Source: Bacilli bacterium (lineage in GTDB: Bacteria > Bacillota_I > Bacilli_A > RF39 > UBA660). From it: DNA of 64,000 bases. Shown here in pieces: positions 28,200 through 38,294 of this stretch. The first letter of the stretch is position 1. Each line of letters starts with the position of its first letter. Under the pieces are notes generated by a model that did no database searches, was not told the DNA's origin, and was given only the letters and a program-made list of their open reading frames with translations. The stretch is taken from positions 66,535-130,534 of the forward strand of contig JBJEEB010000021.1 in the NCBI GenBank assembly GCA_051872655.1. Reading direction: 5' to 3'. The translations under genes were made by a program, and so were the position numbers.

Positions 28200-30695
28200 A
28201 TGTTTAAGATACTTAAAAAAATGTTTGATAATGAATATAAAGAATTATATAGATTTAGTAAATTAGCAGATCAAATAGATGCTTTAGATGAAGAAATGAG
28301 TAAATTATCTGATAAAAAACTTGCTAGTTATACTGATAAGTTTAAGAAAAGACTAGAAGATGGTGAAACCCTTGAAGATATTTTAGTAGAAGCCTTTGCA
28401 GTAGCTAGAGAGGCTGCATATAGATGTGTAGGAATGAAACCTTTCTATTGTCAATTACTTGGTGGTCTTGCTATTCACTATGGTAATATTGCTGAGATGA
28501 AAACAGGTGAAGGTAAAACTCTTACTTGTGTTCTTCCAGCATATTTAAATGCTTTAACTGGTAAAGGTGTTCATATTGTTACTGTTAATGAATTCTTGTC
28601 TACCAGAGATTCTGAATGGATGGGTAGTATATTTAAATTTTTAGGTCTTACTGTAGGTCTTAACTTAAGAGAGTTATCTTTTAAAGAAAAGCAAGAAGCT
28701 TATAACTGTGATATTTTATATAGTACTAATAATGAGCTTGGATTTGACTATTTAAGAGATAATATGGTAGTTAAAAAAGAAAATAGAGTTCAAAGACCAC
28801 TTAACTATTGTATTGTCGATGAAGTTGACTCTATCTTAATAGATGAAGCTAGAACTCCACTTATTATATCCGGTGGGGTTATGCAAGCTGCTAATCTATA
28901 TACTGATGCTGATAGATTTGTAAAATCTCTAAATGAAAATGAAGATTATATTATGGATGAAAAAACTAAAGCTGTTAGTCTTACTGATGAAGGTAGTAGA
29001 AAAGCAGAAGAAAGATTTCATTTAAATAACTTATATGATATTAATAATACTGCTTTAGTACATCATATTAATCAAGCTTTAAAGGCTAATTATGCTATGA
29101 GTTTGGATGTTGATTATGTTGTACAAGATGGTGAGGTTGTTATTGTAGACCAATTTACTGGTAGACTTATGAAAGGAAGAGCTTTTTCTGATGGTTTACA
29201 TCAAGCTATTGAAGCTAAGGAAGGTGTTAAGATTCAACAAGAAACTAAAACTCTTGCTACTATTACATTCCAAAATTACTTTAGAATGTATCATAAGTTA
29301 TCTGGTATGACTGGTACTGCTAAAACAGAAGAAGAAGAATTTAGAAATATATATAATATGTTTGTTATTCAAATTCCTACTAATAAACCTGTTATAAGGG
29401 AAGATGCTACTGATTTATTATATCCTGGCAAAGAAGGTAAATATAATGCTATTGTTAGAGAAATAGAGAAAAGACATAATGAAGGACAGCCTGTACTTGT
29501 TGGTACTATTGCTATTGAAACTTCAGAATTATTAAGTAAAATGCTTACTAAAAAGAAAATTCCTCATGAAGTATTAAATGCTAAGAATCATGCTAGAGAG
29601 GCAGAAATTATTGCTCATGCTGGTGAAAAAGGTGCTGTTACTATTGCTACAAATATGGCAGGTCGTGGTACTGATATTAAACTTGGTGAAGGTGTTAAAG
29701 AACTTGGTGGTCTATGTGTTATTGGTAGTGAAAGACATGAATCTAGAAGAATTGATAATCAGCTTCGTGGTAGAAGTGGTAGACAGGGAGATCCTGGATT
29801 TACTCAGTTCTATGTATCTTTTGAAGATGATTTATTAGTTAGATTTGGTTCTGATAGATATAGAGGTATGCTTGCTAACTTAGGTTTTACTGGAGATCAA
29901 GCTATTCAAAATAAGATGTTTTCTAAAACAGTAGAATCTGCTCAAAGAAAAGTTGAGGGTAATAATTTTGATATTAGAAAGCAACTATTAAACTATGATG
30001 ATGTTATGAATAATCAAAGAGAGATTATCTATGCTAAAAGAAATGAAATATTAGATAATGATTCTATTCATGAAACTGTTCTTAATGGTTTTAAAGATTA
30101 CATTAGTGATATTGTTAATTCTCATTTAGGAGAATCTAATAAATTAAAAGAAAATGATTATAGTGAAATACTAGAGGCAGTAAATGAAAACTTACTTAGA
30201 AAATATAGAATTAATTTATCAGAAATTAATGGTAAGCATCCTGAAGAAGTAATTGATATTATATATAATAATGTTCTTAAAGATTATGAGGAGAAACTTG
30301 AAGATATTCCAGTAGAAATTAGAGATGAATTTGAAAAGGCTATATCTCTTAGAGTAATTGATAATTATTGGATGGAACATATTTCTACGATGAGTCATTT
30401 GAGAGATGGTATTGGTCTTAGAGGATATGCTAATACTAGTCCTCTTCAGGCATACACTATGGAAGGATATCAATTATTTGATGAGATGTTAGCTCGTATT
30501 AATAAGGATGTTAGTATTTATCTACTTAAATCAGAAATTAGACAGAATATTGAGAGAAAACAGGTAGCAAAGAATGCCATTACTAATGATAGTAAGGATC
30601 ATGCTAAGGTACAAAAGAAAAGTACTAAAGTAGGTAGAAATGATCCTTGTCCATGTGGTTCGGGCAAAAAATACAAACAATGTTGTGGCAAATAG
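28200..30695 (+). CDS. secA: preprotein translocase ATPase SecA
   Basis: ATG at 28200, 8 nt after AGGAG. Contains MKTGEGKTL and [19 protein letters not shown]. The C-terminal SEC-C zinc motif is [15 protein letters not shown]. Confidence 0.96.
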   Translation: MFKILKKMFDNEYKELYRFSKLADQIDALDEEMSKLSDKKLASYTDKFKKRLEDGETLEDILVEAFAVAREAAYRCVGMKPFYCQLLGGLAIHYGNIAEMKTGEGKTLTCVLPAYLNALTGKGVHIVTVNEFLSTRDSEWMGSIFKFLGLTVGLNLRELSFKEKQEAYNCDILYSTNNELGFDYLRDNMVVKKENRVQRPLNYCIVDEVDSILIDEARTPLIISGGVMQAANLYTDADRFVKSLNENEDYIMDEKTKAVSLTDEGSRKAEERFHLNNLYDINNTALVHHINQALKANYAMSLDVDYVVQDGEVVIVDQFTGRLMKGRAFSDGLHQAIEAKEGVKIQQETKTLATITFQNYFRMYHKLSGMTGTAKTEEEEFRNIYNMFVIQIPTNKPVIREDATDLLYPGKEGKYNAIVREIEKRHNEGQPVLVGTIAIETSELLSKMLTKKKIPHEVLNAKNHAREAEIIAHAGEKGAVTIATNMAGRGTDIKLGEGVKELGGLCVIGSERHESRRIDNQLRGRSGRQGDPGFTQFYVSFEDDLLVRFGSDRYRGMLANLGFTGDQAIQNKMFSKTVESAQRKVEGNNFDIRKQLLNYDDVMNNQREIIYAKRNEILDNDSIHETVLNGFKDYISDIVNSHLGESNKLKENDYSEILEAVNENLLRKYRINLSEINGKHPEEVIDIIYNNVLKDYEEKLEDIPVEIRDEFEKAISLRVIDNYWMEHISTMSHLRDGIGLRGYANTSPLQAYTMEGYQLFDEMLARINKDVSIYLLKSEIRQNIERKQVAKNAITNDSKDHAKVQKKSTKVGRNDPCPCGSGKKYKQCCGK

Positions 30696-30748
30696 TTAAA
30701 AGCTTGAAATAAGAGCTTTTTCTATACGTAAAATTACCTAATTTTATT

Positions 30749-30796
30749 TAGATACGTTATTAAATACGTTGTGAGAAAGTATCTAAAACGTATCTA
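30749..30796. repeat. TAGATACGTT motif set a
   Basis: TAGATACGTT (30749-30758), TAAATACGTT (30761-30770), and the inverted AACGTATCTA (30787-30796). Confidence 0.8.
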
Positions 30797-30908
30797 GAAA
30801 GAAAAGTAAACAAGAAAAACGTAGTATTTTCAATGCTTTTAGAGGCTTTGAACCATTGCCATAGTGATATTGGTAAAAATGTAGTATAATTGAAATGGAG
30901 TTGATAAA

Positions 30909-31427
30909 ATGTTGGTAGCAAAAGAATTTGAATTGAAAGATAAAGAGTCTTTATTTGATATGGTAGATGAAATAAATAATTTTGATGCAAATTTTGAGGG
31001 ATTAAATAATATAAAAAATATTGATAATTATGAGGATTTCTTATTAAAGTTAGAAAAAAATAAACATCAAGAATTAATAAAAGAAGAATACTCGCCACAA
31101 ACTACTTTTGGAGTTTGGGATGATGAAAAATTAATTGGAGGTTTTAATCTTCGACATATAATTAAGGGCAATTTGATAAATCATGGAGGTAATATTGGAT
31201 ATTTGATTAGACCTACAGAAAGAAAAAAAGGATATGGTACAAAACTATTGGAACTAGCTATAAAGGAAGCTAAGAAATTAGGTTTAAAGAAAGTATTAGT
31301 TAGTTGTAGAAAAGAGAATATTGGATCAGAAAAAGTAATTATTAATAATAATGGCATATATGAAAATGACTATTATGATGAAAGTAAAAATGAAACATAT
31401 AAGAGATTTTGGATTGAAATAGAGTAA
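30909..31427 (+). CDS. GNAT family N-acetyltransferase
   Basis: Acetyl-CoA motif RKKGYGTKLLELAIKEAKKLGLKKVLVSC. GGAG RBS upstream. Confidence 0.8.
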   Translation: MLVAKEFELKDKESLFDMVDEINNFDANFEGLNNIKNIDNYEDFLLKLEKNKHQELIKEEYSPQTTFGVWDDEKLIGGFNLRHIIKGNLINHGGNIGYLIRPTERKKGYGTKLLELAIKEAKKLGLKKVLVSCRKENIGSEKVIINNNGIYENDYYDESKNETYKRFWIEIE

Positions 31428-31434
31428 TATAAAT

Positions 31435-31456
31435 TAGATACGTTTTTAGATACGTT
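31435..31456 (+). repeat. TAGATACGTT motif set b (direct pair, 12-nt period)
   Basis: TAGATACGTT at 31435-31444 and at 31447-31456. Confidence 0.85.
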
Positions 31457-31529
31457 CTGCTAGTGAAGCGGAGTGTAACCGAGTGTAGTCAAGTGCATTA
31501 AAGTGCAAATTTAAAGGATAAAATGCTCT

Positions 31530-31605
31530 AAAGTGGAGCAAAATGACACATATTTAAAAGCCATGCTGGTCGGGGAGCAAATATAAGCAGTGTTGCGGAA
31601 AATAA
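31530..31605 (+). pseudogene. relic copy of the secA 3' end (SEC-C motif fragment)
   Basis: The relic reads aaagtggagcaaaatgac ... ccatgctggtcggggagcaaatataagcagtgttgcggaaaataa. It aligns to the secA end aaagtaggtagaaatgat ccttgt ccatgtggttcgggcaaaaaatacaaacaatgttgtggcaaatag. It encodes ..[14 protein letters not shown] and is interrupted by an indel and a stop. Confidence 0.75.
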
Positions 31606-31663
31606 CCATAAAATAAGGGCTTGTAAGATTTTTCTAAATCCAAAAGTGGAAGAAAAATACCAT

Positions 31664-31684
31664 TAGATACGTTTTAGATACGTT
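31664..31684 (+). repeat. TAGATACGTT motif set c (direct pair, 11-nt period)
   Basis: TAGATACGTT at 31664-31673 and at 31675-31684, about 90 nt upstream of the dfx-like gene. Confidence 0.85.
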
Positions 31685-31775
31685 TTTATGATAATTTAAG
31701 GGGCAAGTATTTAGTATTTGTTCCTTTTGTGATATAATGAGATAAATAGTAATTTTTTTAGAAGGAGGAAATAAA

Positions 31776-32156
31776 ATGGAATTAGTGGTAAAAAAATGTA
31801 TGAAGTGTGGTGCAATAGTTATCCCATATAAAGATTGTGAGTGTCAAGAATGTGGAATAAAATGTTGTGGAGAAGAAATGAGAAAATTAATAGCAAATTC
31901 TGAAGAGGCATCATTTGAAAAACATGTTCCAACTTATGAAATAGTAGAAGATGAAATATCAGTTACAGTTAATCATGTGATGGAAAAAGAACATTATATA
32001 GAATTTATAGCATTAGTCACTGAGACAAAAATATATGTAGAAAGGCTATATCCTGAAATGGATGCACAAGTAAGATTTAAATATGTAAAAGACGCAACTT
32101 TATATGCATATTGTAATAAACATGGTTTATGGATGAGCAAAGTAGATAAATTATAA
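31776..32156 (+). CDS. dfx: desulfoferrodoxin-type superoxide reductase
   Basis: 126 aa. N-terminal desulforedoxin Cys cluster (CMKCG...CCGEEM), then EKHVP, HVMEKEHYIEFI and YCNKHGLW. Confidence 0.85.
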   Translation: MELVVKKCMKCGAIVIPYKDCECQECGIKCCGEEMRKLIANSEEASFEKHVPTYEIVEDEISVTVNHVMEKEHYIEFIALVTETKIYVERLYPEMDAQVRFKYVKDATLYAYCNKHGLWMSKVDKL

Positions 32157-32189
32157 TTAAATAAAAATTTGTATTGAAAGGATGATAAA

Positions 32190-32447
32190 ATGGATAATAA
32201 AATATATCAAAGTTGTGGTATGCCTATAACTTCAAATGAACAATTAGGTACAAATAAAGATGGAAGTATCAATAATGATTATTGTAAATATTGTTATTTA
32301 AATGGAGAATTTATTGATAAAGTAAGTATGGAAGAATATATTGAAATGTGTTCACAATATGGTGAACAAGCTGGAATGACAAATGAAGAAATGAAAATTA
32401 ATTGTGAAAATTTATTTCCTACTTTAAAAAGATGGAATAATAATTAA
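32190..32447 (+). CDS. putative zinc-ribbon domain protein
   Basis: CGMPI..GTNKDGSINNDYCKYCYLNGEF pattern. Confidence 0.55.
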   Translation: MDNKIYQSCGMPITSNEQLGTNKDGSINNDYCKYCYLNGEFIDKVSMEEYIEMCSQYGEQAGMTNEEMKINCENLFPTLKRWNNN

Positions 32448-32467
32448 ATTCGATTTATATCAAATTT

Positions 32468-32497
32468 TAGATACGTTTTTTATATCTATAGCGTATC
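32468..32497. repeat. TAGATACGTT motif set d
   Basis: TAGATACGTT (32468-32477) and a partial inverted AGCGTATCT (32489-32497), followed by a T-run. Confidence 0.7.
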
Positions 32498-32530
32498 TTT
32501 TTTATTAAAATAGTATGATGAGTTGATAAT

Positions 32531-32797
32531 ATGATATTTGAAAATGAAATATTTAAAATATATTATAATGAATGCGATGAAAGATGTTTAAATAAGTTAA
32601 TTGATATATTAACAATCAGAATACCAATAATTATACAATTTTTTAAGTTGAATTTTGATGGTAAAATAACTATAAAATTATACAATGACATAGAACAATA
32701 TAAAAGTAAACTAATTTCATCATTTGAAAAAGAAACCCAAAAAAATAATATAGAACCAAGAAAGTATCAAAATTGGATGATTGCTAATACTGAAGAA
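32531..32797 (+). pseudogene. truncated gene of unknown function, fused in frame to a Dam-like fragment
   Basis: The first ~89 codons of ORF 32531..32845 show no methyltransferase similarity, and the reading frame then runs straight into Dam-like sequence. Confidence 0.4.
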
Positions 32798-33004
32798 GGA
32801 TTTGGAAAAGAACAGCAGAAAAAACTTGCAAAAGTTTATAGATAATTAGCGGATAGAGGATGCTTTGTAATGCTTTCAAATCATAATACATCATTAGTAA
32901 AGGAACTATATAAAGACTTCAATATTCATGTAATAGAAGCTAAAAGAAATATAAATGCAAATGGAAAAAAGAGAGGCAAAGTAGAAGAAGTAAATTATAA
33001 CTAA
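32798..33004 (+). pseudogene. C-terminal relic of a Dam-type (D12 class) N6-adenine DNA methyltransferase
   Basis: GFGKEQQKKLAKVYR, then an in-frame TAA at 32843, then LADRGCFVMLSNHNTSLVKELYKDFNIHVIEAKRNINANGKKRGKVEEVNYN*. This matches the conserved Dam C-terminal block. The N-terminal two thirds are missing. Confidence 0.7.
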
Positions 33005-33085
33005 TTATGAAAATAAGAGGGGATTTGAAGAATAAATAAAGTATAATATACATTATATATAATAGGATGTGCATTAAATGAGTAA

Positions 33086-33261
33086 AGAATATTATTATCA
33101 GATAATGATTTTAAGTTACTACATGGTGATGCACTTTTATTATTGAAAAAATTAAAACTTAGAGTGTAGATATGTCATTTGTAGAACCTCATATTTTTTT
33201 ATCAGGCGATAGAATAATTTGTAGTGATGGCAAAATGGTATCAGTTAAAAAATTTATTTAG
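33086..33261 (+). pseudogene. N-terminal relic of a beta-class N4/N6 DNA methyltransferase
   Basis: NDFKLLHGDALLLLKKLK, then a frameshift, then SVDMSFVEPHIFLSGDRIICSDGKMVSVKKFI*. The pattern expected for the family is hGD...Lk.l...SVDli..DPPY...G; here DPPY has decayed to EPHI and the rest is deleted. Confidence 0.6.
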
Positions 33262-33310
33262 TAAAATAAGAGGAATGTATGATATAATAATATTGGAGGA
33301 TAGAGATAAT

Positions 33311-33772
33311 ATGGATAATATAATGAGTTTTGGTATAGAAGAAGCTAGAAGGACAATGAATGAAAATAAGGGTGGTCCTTTTGGAGCTGTTATTACTGAT
33401 GGTGATGGTAATATTATTAGTGTAGCTTCTAATTTAGTATTAGAAAAGCATGATCCTACTGCTCATGCTGAAATTATGGCTATTAGAAAAGCTGGAGAAA
33501 AACTTGGCACTCATGATTTATCTGGATGCATATTATATGCTACTGGTTATCCCTGTCCAATGTGTTTATCTGCAATTATATGGGCTAATATTAAAAAAGT
33601 CTACTATGGGACTAATTTAAAAGATGCTGAAAATATTGGATTTAGAGATGATTTTATTTATAATTATATTAAGAATAAAGATAATGAAACTTTACAATTA
33701 ATTGAACTTAATCGTTATGGTTGTTTAAATTTATTTAATGAATATAAAGATAAAAACAAAGAGATATATTAG
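33311..33772 (+). CDS. guaD: guanine deaminase (CMP/dCMP-type zinc deaminase fold)
   Basis: ATG at 33311 after GGAGGA. GGPFGAVI, DPTAHAE and PCPMC motifs, collinear with Bacillus GuaD. The track's upstream extension runs into the methyltransferase relic. Confidence 0.85.
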   Translation: MDNIMSFGIEEARRTMNENKGGPFGAVITDGDGNIISVASNLVLEKHDPTAHAEIMAIRKAGEKLGTHDLSGCILYATGYPCPMCLSAIIWANIKKVYYGTNLKDAENIGFRDDFIYNYIKNKDNETLQLIELNRYGCLNLFNEYKDKNKEIY

Positions 33773-33782
33773 GGAGGTATAT

Positions 33783-35399
33783 ATGGAAAAAGTATATATA
33801 TTTGGTCATAGAAATCCTGATACTGATAGTGTTACTGCCGCTATTACATTATCATATTTGAAAAATAAAATTGGTATGAACACTGTTCCAGCAGTACTTA
33901 GTTCTATTAATTTAGAATCTAAATTTGCCCTTAATTATTTTGGAGTAGAAGAACCAATATTTTTGAATGATGTTAATATTAAGATCAAAGATCTAGAATA
34001 TACTAAAAATTATACTGTTAAAGAGAAAGATTCTATATATGAAGCATATTATAGAATGAATAAGGCTGGTATTAGTAAAATACCTGCTGTTGATAAAGAT
34101 AAAAATTTACTTGGTATTCTTAGTATGAAAGATATTGCTAAAGATCAGTTTTCTTTTAATTACAGTTATGTTGATGCTACTTATGAAAATATTTGTGAGG
34201 TAATTAAAGGTCAGAGTATATTAAAATTTAATGATGAAATTACTGGTAATTTACTAGTAGCTTCATATAAAAGTACTACTTTTATTGAAGAAATTAATTT
34301 GGATAAGGATAGTATTTTAATAGTAGGAGATAGACATAGTATAATTGAATATGCTGTTAATTCTGGTATTAAATTAATTATTATTACTGGTAATAATAAA
34401 ATTAAAAAGGAGCATATTGATATTGCCAGAAAAAATAACGTTAATATTATTGTTACTCCTTATAATACTCTAGAGACTACTAAAATATTTAATTTATGTA
34501 ACAATGTTACTACTATTCTTAATACAGAAAAGGTTCTCTGTGTTAATGAAAATGATAGTATTAATGAATTTATTAAACTTGCTAATAAAACTAGATATAG
34601 TTATTATCCAGTGCTTGATAGAAAAAATAGGTGTAAAGGTATTATTAGATTATCTGATGTTGGTTTTTCTCATAAAAAAAGTGTTATTTTAGTTGATCAT
34701 AATTCTTATGAACAATCCGCTATTGGTCTTGAAGATGCTAATATTTTAGAAATTATTGATCATCATAATATTGGTACTATTGGCACTAATATGCCTATTA
34801 GTTTTAGAAATATGCCTGTTGGTAGTACTAATACTATTATTTATAATTTGTATAAAGAGCATAGAATTAATATTCCTAAAAAAATGGCAGGCCTTATGTT
34901 ATCTGGAATACTTTCTGATACTTTGATACTTACTAGTCCTACTACTACTGATGAAGATGTTGTGGCAGTTAAAGATCTTAGTAAAATAGTTAAAATTGAT
35001 TATAAAGATTATGGTTATAAAATGATTAAAGCTGGATCTTCTCTTAAGGGAATGACTAGAGAACAAGTTCTATATAAAGATTATAAGAACTATGTAATTA
35101 ATGGTAATAAAGTTGGGCTTGGACAAATTGTTACTACTGATATTAATGAAATTCTTAATGATAAAAGTGAGTATATTAATTTACTTAATAATATTAGTGA
35201 AAAGAATAATTATCTTTTTGTATGCCTATTTATTACTAATATATTAGAAAATGGTACTTATGTACTTTATAGTGATAGAGCTAAAGATATTTTAAGTTCT
35301 GCCTTTGATATAGAAAATATTTCAGAAGGAGAATTTTTAAATGGTATTGTATCAAGAAAGAAACAGATACTTCCAGAACTTATGAATGATATGGAATAA
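33783..35399 (+). CDS. ppaC: family II inorganic pyrophosphatase with CBS-domain insert (DHH-CBS-DHHA2)
   Basis: ATG at 33783 after AGGGAGG. Contains FGHRNPDTDSV, VDHNS and DHHNIG, with a CBS pair in between. Confidence 0.85.
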   Translation: MEKVYIFGHRNPDTDSVTAAITLSYLKNKIGMNTVPAVLSSINLESKFALNYFGVEEPIFLNDVNIKIKDLEYTKNYTVKEKDSIYEAYYRMNKAGISKIPAVDKDKNLLGILSMKDIAKDQFSFNYSYVDATYENICEVIKGQSILKFNDEITGNLLVASYKSTTFIEEINLDKDSILIVGDRHSIIEYAVNSGIKLIIITGNNKIKKEHIDIARKNNVNIIVTPYNTLETTKIFNLCNNVTTILNTEKVLCVNENDSINEFIKLANKTRYSYYPVLDRKNRCKGIIRLSDVGFSHKKSVILVDHNSYEQSAIGLEDANILEIIDHHNIGTIGTNMPISFRNMPVGSTNTIIYNLYKEHRINIPKKMAGLMLSGILSDTLILTSPTTTDEDVVAVKDLSKIVKIDYKDYGYKMIKAGSSLKGMTREQVLYKDYKNYVINGNKVGLGQIVTTDINEILNDKSEYINLLNNISEKNNYLFVCLFITNILENGTYVLYSDRAKDILSSAFDIENISEGEFLNGIVSRKKQILPELMNDME

Positions 35400-35462
35400 T
35401 ATTGACTTCTTACTATTTTTGATGTATTATATTAATATATTTTTGGGGAAAGTAGGTATTTT

Positions 35463-35972
35463 ATGGAAAAAGAAAAAAATGCTTCAAAATTAGATGATTA
35501 TAATATTTTTTTGGAGGCTTCTAATAATATTAATGATAGAATTAATGATTTAAATTATAAAATTAATACTTGTATTGAAGATATTAAACTCGCAAAGAAA
35601 ATTGATATTGCATCAGTAATTATTGCTTTTGTGACTATTTCTACTTGTATTATATCTTTAATTAATAGATTTCCTGTTTTTTGGTCTGTCTCTTCCGCTG
35701 TAGTGTCTGCTATTTCTATCAATTGTGCACTTTATGCTGCTTCTTATAGCAATGAAAAGACTAGAGAATTGAACTTACTAACAAATGAAAAAGATAATTC
35801 AGAAGTAGAACTTGAAAATATTGAAAGTTTAATTAAAGATATAGAAAAAGAATTAGAAAATACTTATAATAATGAAAGTTTATTAAATTATGAATCGCTT
35901 GATAAATCACCTGATAAAGTTTCTAATAAAGGACTTATTAAAAAGAGGACTATTGAAAGTGATAAAAAGTAA
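35463..35972 (+). CDS. hypothetical membrane protein
   Basis: Coiled-coil ends flank two central TMs. No family recognised. Confidence 0.5.
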   Translation: MEKEKNASKLDDYNIFLEASNNINDRINDLNYKINTCIEDIKLAKKIDIASVIIAFVTISTCIISLINRFPVFWSVSSAVVSAISINCALYAASYSNEKTRELNLLTNEKDNSEVELENIESLIKDIEKELENTYNNESLLNYESLDKSPDKVSNKGLIKKRTIESDKK

Positions 35973-36072
35973 AGTATATTTATTGATAATATAATAAATA
36001 TACTTTTTATTTTAATTTTTTATTTCTTATTTTATAGAAATCTGCTATAATATAGGAGAAAGAGGTGTTATA

Positions 36073-37257
36073 ATGATTATATTAGCAGTAAATGCTGGTA
36101 GTTCATCTTTAAAATTTACTGGATTTGAAATGCCTAGTGAAGATGTTCTTATCAGTGGTGTATTTGAAAGAATAGGAATTGATAATAGTTTTTATACTAT
36201 TAAATTAAATGGTGAAAAAATTAAGAAAGAGGTTCAATTACCTAATCATAAGGTTGCTTTTGAAATATTAATTAAAGAACTTATTGATAATAATATTGTT
36301 GAATCTTTAGAAGAAATTAAAGGTGTAGGTCATAGAATTGTACAAGGTGGTGCTTATTTTGATAGAACTGTAATAGCAGATGATGATGCAGTTAGTAAGA
36401 TTGATGAGTTATCTAGTCTAGCTCCACTTCATAATCCTGCTGCTATAGTAGGTATTAATGCTGCAAAAGAAGTTATGCCTAATGCTGTACAAACTGTTGT
36501 ATTTGATACGGCATTTCATCAAACTATGAAACCATGTGAGTATATGTATGCTGTACCTTACTCTTGGTATAAAGAATATGGTATAAGAAAATATGGAGCT
36601 CATGGTACTAGTCATAAATATGTATCTCAAAGAATGAATGAAATTCTTGGAAGAAATGATACTAAACTTATTACTTGTCATATTGGTAATGGTGCTTCAA
36701 TTAGTGCTGTTAAAGATGGTAAATGTGTTGATACTTCAATGGGTCTTACTCCTAATGCTGGTTTGATTATGGGTTCTCGTTGTGGAGATATGGATGCTAC
36801 TGTTGTTACTTATGCTATGGAGAAAACTGGTATGAGTCCTAAGGAGATGGATACTGTTCTTAATAAACAAAGTGGATTATTAGGTATTAGTGGTGTATCA
36901 AGTGATTCAAGAGACATTGAAGAAGGTATTAAAAATGGTAATGAAAGATGTATATTAGCACAAGAAATGTATGTAAAGAGAATTGTTGAATATATTGCTA
37001 AGTATTATGTTCTTCTTGATGGTTGTGATGCTATTGTGTTTACTGCTGGTGTTGGTGAAAATTCTATTAGTACTAGAAAAGAAATCCTTGATAAGCTTGC
37101 AGTACTTGGTATTAAAGTAGATGAAGAAGCTAACAATGTTAGAGGAGAAGAAAGAAAAATTACAACTGATGATTCTACTGTACCTGCTTATATTATTCCT
37201 ACTAATGAGGAATTAATGATTGCAAAAGATACATATTCATTAGTTTTACAAGGATAA
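36073..37257 (+). CDS. ackA: acetate kinase
   Basis: ILAVNAGSSSLKF, GHRIVQGG, and HLGNGASI-type CHIGNGASISAV. Confidence 0.95.
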   Translation: MIILAVNAGSSSLKFTGFEMPSEDVLISGVFERIGIDNSFYTIKLNGEKIKKEVQLPNHKVAFEILIKELIDNNIVESLEEIKGVGHRIVQGGAYFDRTVIADDDAVSKIDELSSLAPLHNPAAIVGINAAKEVMPNAVQTVVFDTAFHQTMKPCEYMYAVPYSWYKEYGIRKYGAHGTSHKYVSQRMNEILGRNDTKLITCHIGNGASISAVKDGKCVDTSMGLTPNAGLIMGSRCGDMDATVVTYAMEKTGMSPKEMDTVLNKQSGLLGISGVSSDSRDIEEGIKNGNERCILAQEMYVKRIVEYIAKYYVLLDGCDAIVFTAGVGENSISTRKEILDKLAVLGIKVDEEANNVRGEERKITTDDSTVPAYIIPTNEELMIAKDTYSLVLQG

Positions 37258-37258
37258 T

Positions 37259-38209
37259 ATGAATATATATAAACAAATATTTAAAATAATAAAAAAATAT
37301 AATACCATTGTTATTGCAAGACATATTGGTGCTGACCCTGATGCTTTAGGTTCACAGTTTGCTCTTAAAGATATTATTTTAAAATTATTTCCGGAAAAGA
37401 AAGTATATACTGTTGGTAATCCTGCTAGTAGGTTTAAATTCTTTGGTAATAATGAAAAATTAGATAATATTGATACTACTAAAGGATTACTTATAGTTTT
37501 AGATACTCCTGATATTAAGAGAATAGATGGTGTTAGTCTTGATAATTTTGAATATGTTATAAAAATAGATCATCATCCTATTATTGATAAATATGCTAAT
37601 ATTGAACTTATTGATGATACTGCTTGTAGCACTAGTCAATTGATACTTGAATTTGTTTTTAATAATAAAATAGAGATAAATAAAGAAATAGGAGAAAAAT
37701 TATACTTAGGAATTGTAGGAGATACTGATAGATTCTTACATGATTATACATCTACTAAAACATTTTATTTGGTGAATAAGTTGCTTGAAGAAACTAAAAT
37801 TGATTTTACTTCTTTGTATAAATTTTTATATCAGAGACCTATTTCAGAAATTAGATTTGAAGGTTATATTTATCAAAATTTAACTCTTACCGAAAATGGT
37901 GTTGCTTATATTAAAATTACTGATAAGAAGTTGAAAGAGTTTGGTGTAGATAGTGCTGCTGCTGGTAATATGATTAATAACTTAAAGTTTGTTAATGAAA
38001 TTATTGTATGGGTGTTTCTTACCGAAGATATTAAAAGTAATTTAATTAGATCCAATATTAGATCTGTTGGACCATATATAAATGAAATTGCCACTAAATT
38101 TGGTGGTGGTGGCCATAAATATGCCTCAGGGGTTAAGCTTAAAACTTGGGAGGACTCTGATAAGCTAATTAATGAACTTGATGAATTAGTTAAGAATTAT
38201 AGAAGTTAA
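37259..38209 (+). CDS. nrnA: DHH/DHHA1 phosphoesterase, NrnA-like oligoribonuclease/pAp phosphatase
   Basis: ARHIGADPDALGS, DHH, and GGGHKYASG. Confidence 0.85.
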   Translation: MNIYKQIFKIIKKYNTIVIARHIGADPDALGSQFALKDIILKLFPEKKVYTVGNPASRFKFFGNNEKLDNIDTTKGLLIVLDTPDIKRIDGVSLDNFEYVIKIDHHPIIDKYANIELIDDTACSTSQLILEFVFNNKIEINKEIGEKLYLGIVGDTDRFLHDYTSTKTFYLVNKLLEETKIDFTSLYKFLYQRPISEIRFEGYIYQNLTLTENGVAYIKITDKKLKEFGVDSAAAGNMINNLKFVNEIIVWVFLTEDIKSNLIRSNIRSVGPYINEIATKFGGGGHKYASGVKLKTWEDSDKLINELDELVKNYRS

Positions 38210-38217
38210 ACTTTTGT

Positions 38218-38246
38218 TTGACTTTTTTTTATTGTTGTGATAGAAT
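38218..38246 (+). promoter_or_regulatory. sigma-A-like promoter for sigA
   Basis: TTGACT, a 17-nt spacer ending in TG, then TAGAAT. Confidence 0.5.
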
Positions 38247-38294
38247 ATTAAATCGCTTGAGGGGGATACCGTAAAATAATAAAAGGAGGTAATT

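Noticed and set aside
30760-31098. Minus-strand 112-aa ORF overlapping the GNAT gene start.
   Set aside because: It overlaps a gene with a clear family signature and has no RBS. Its composition is typical of an antisense artefact.
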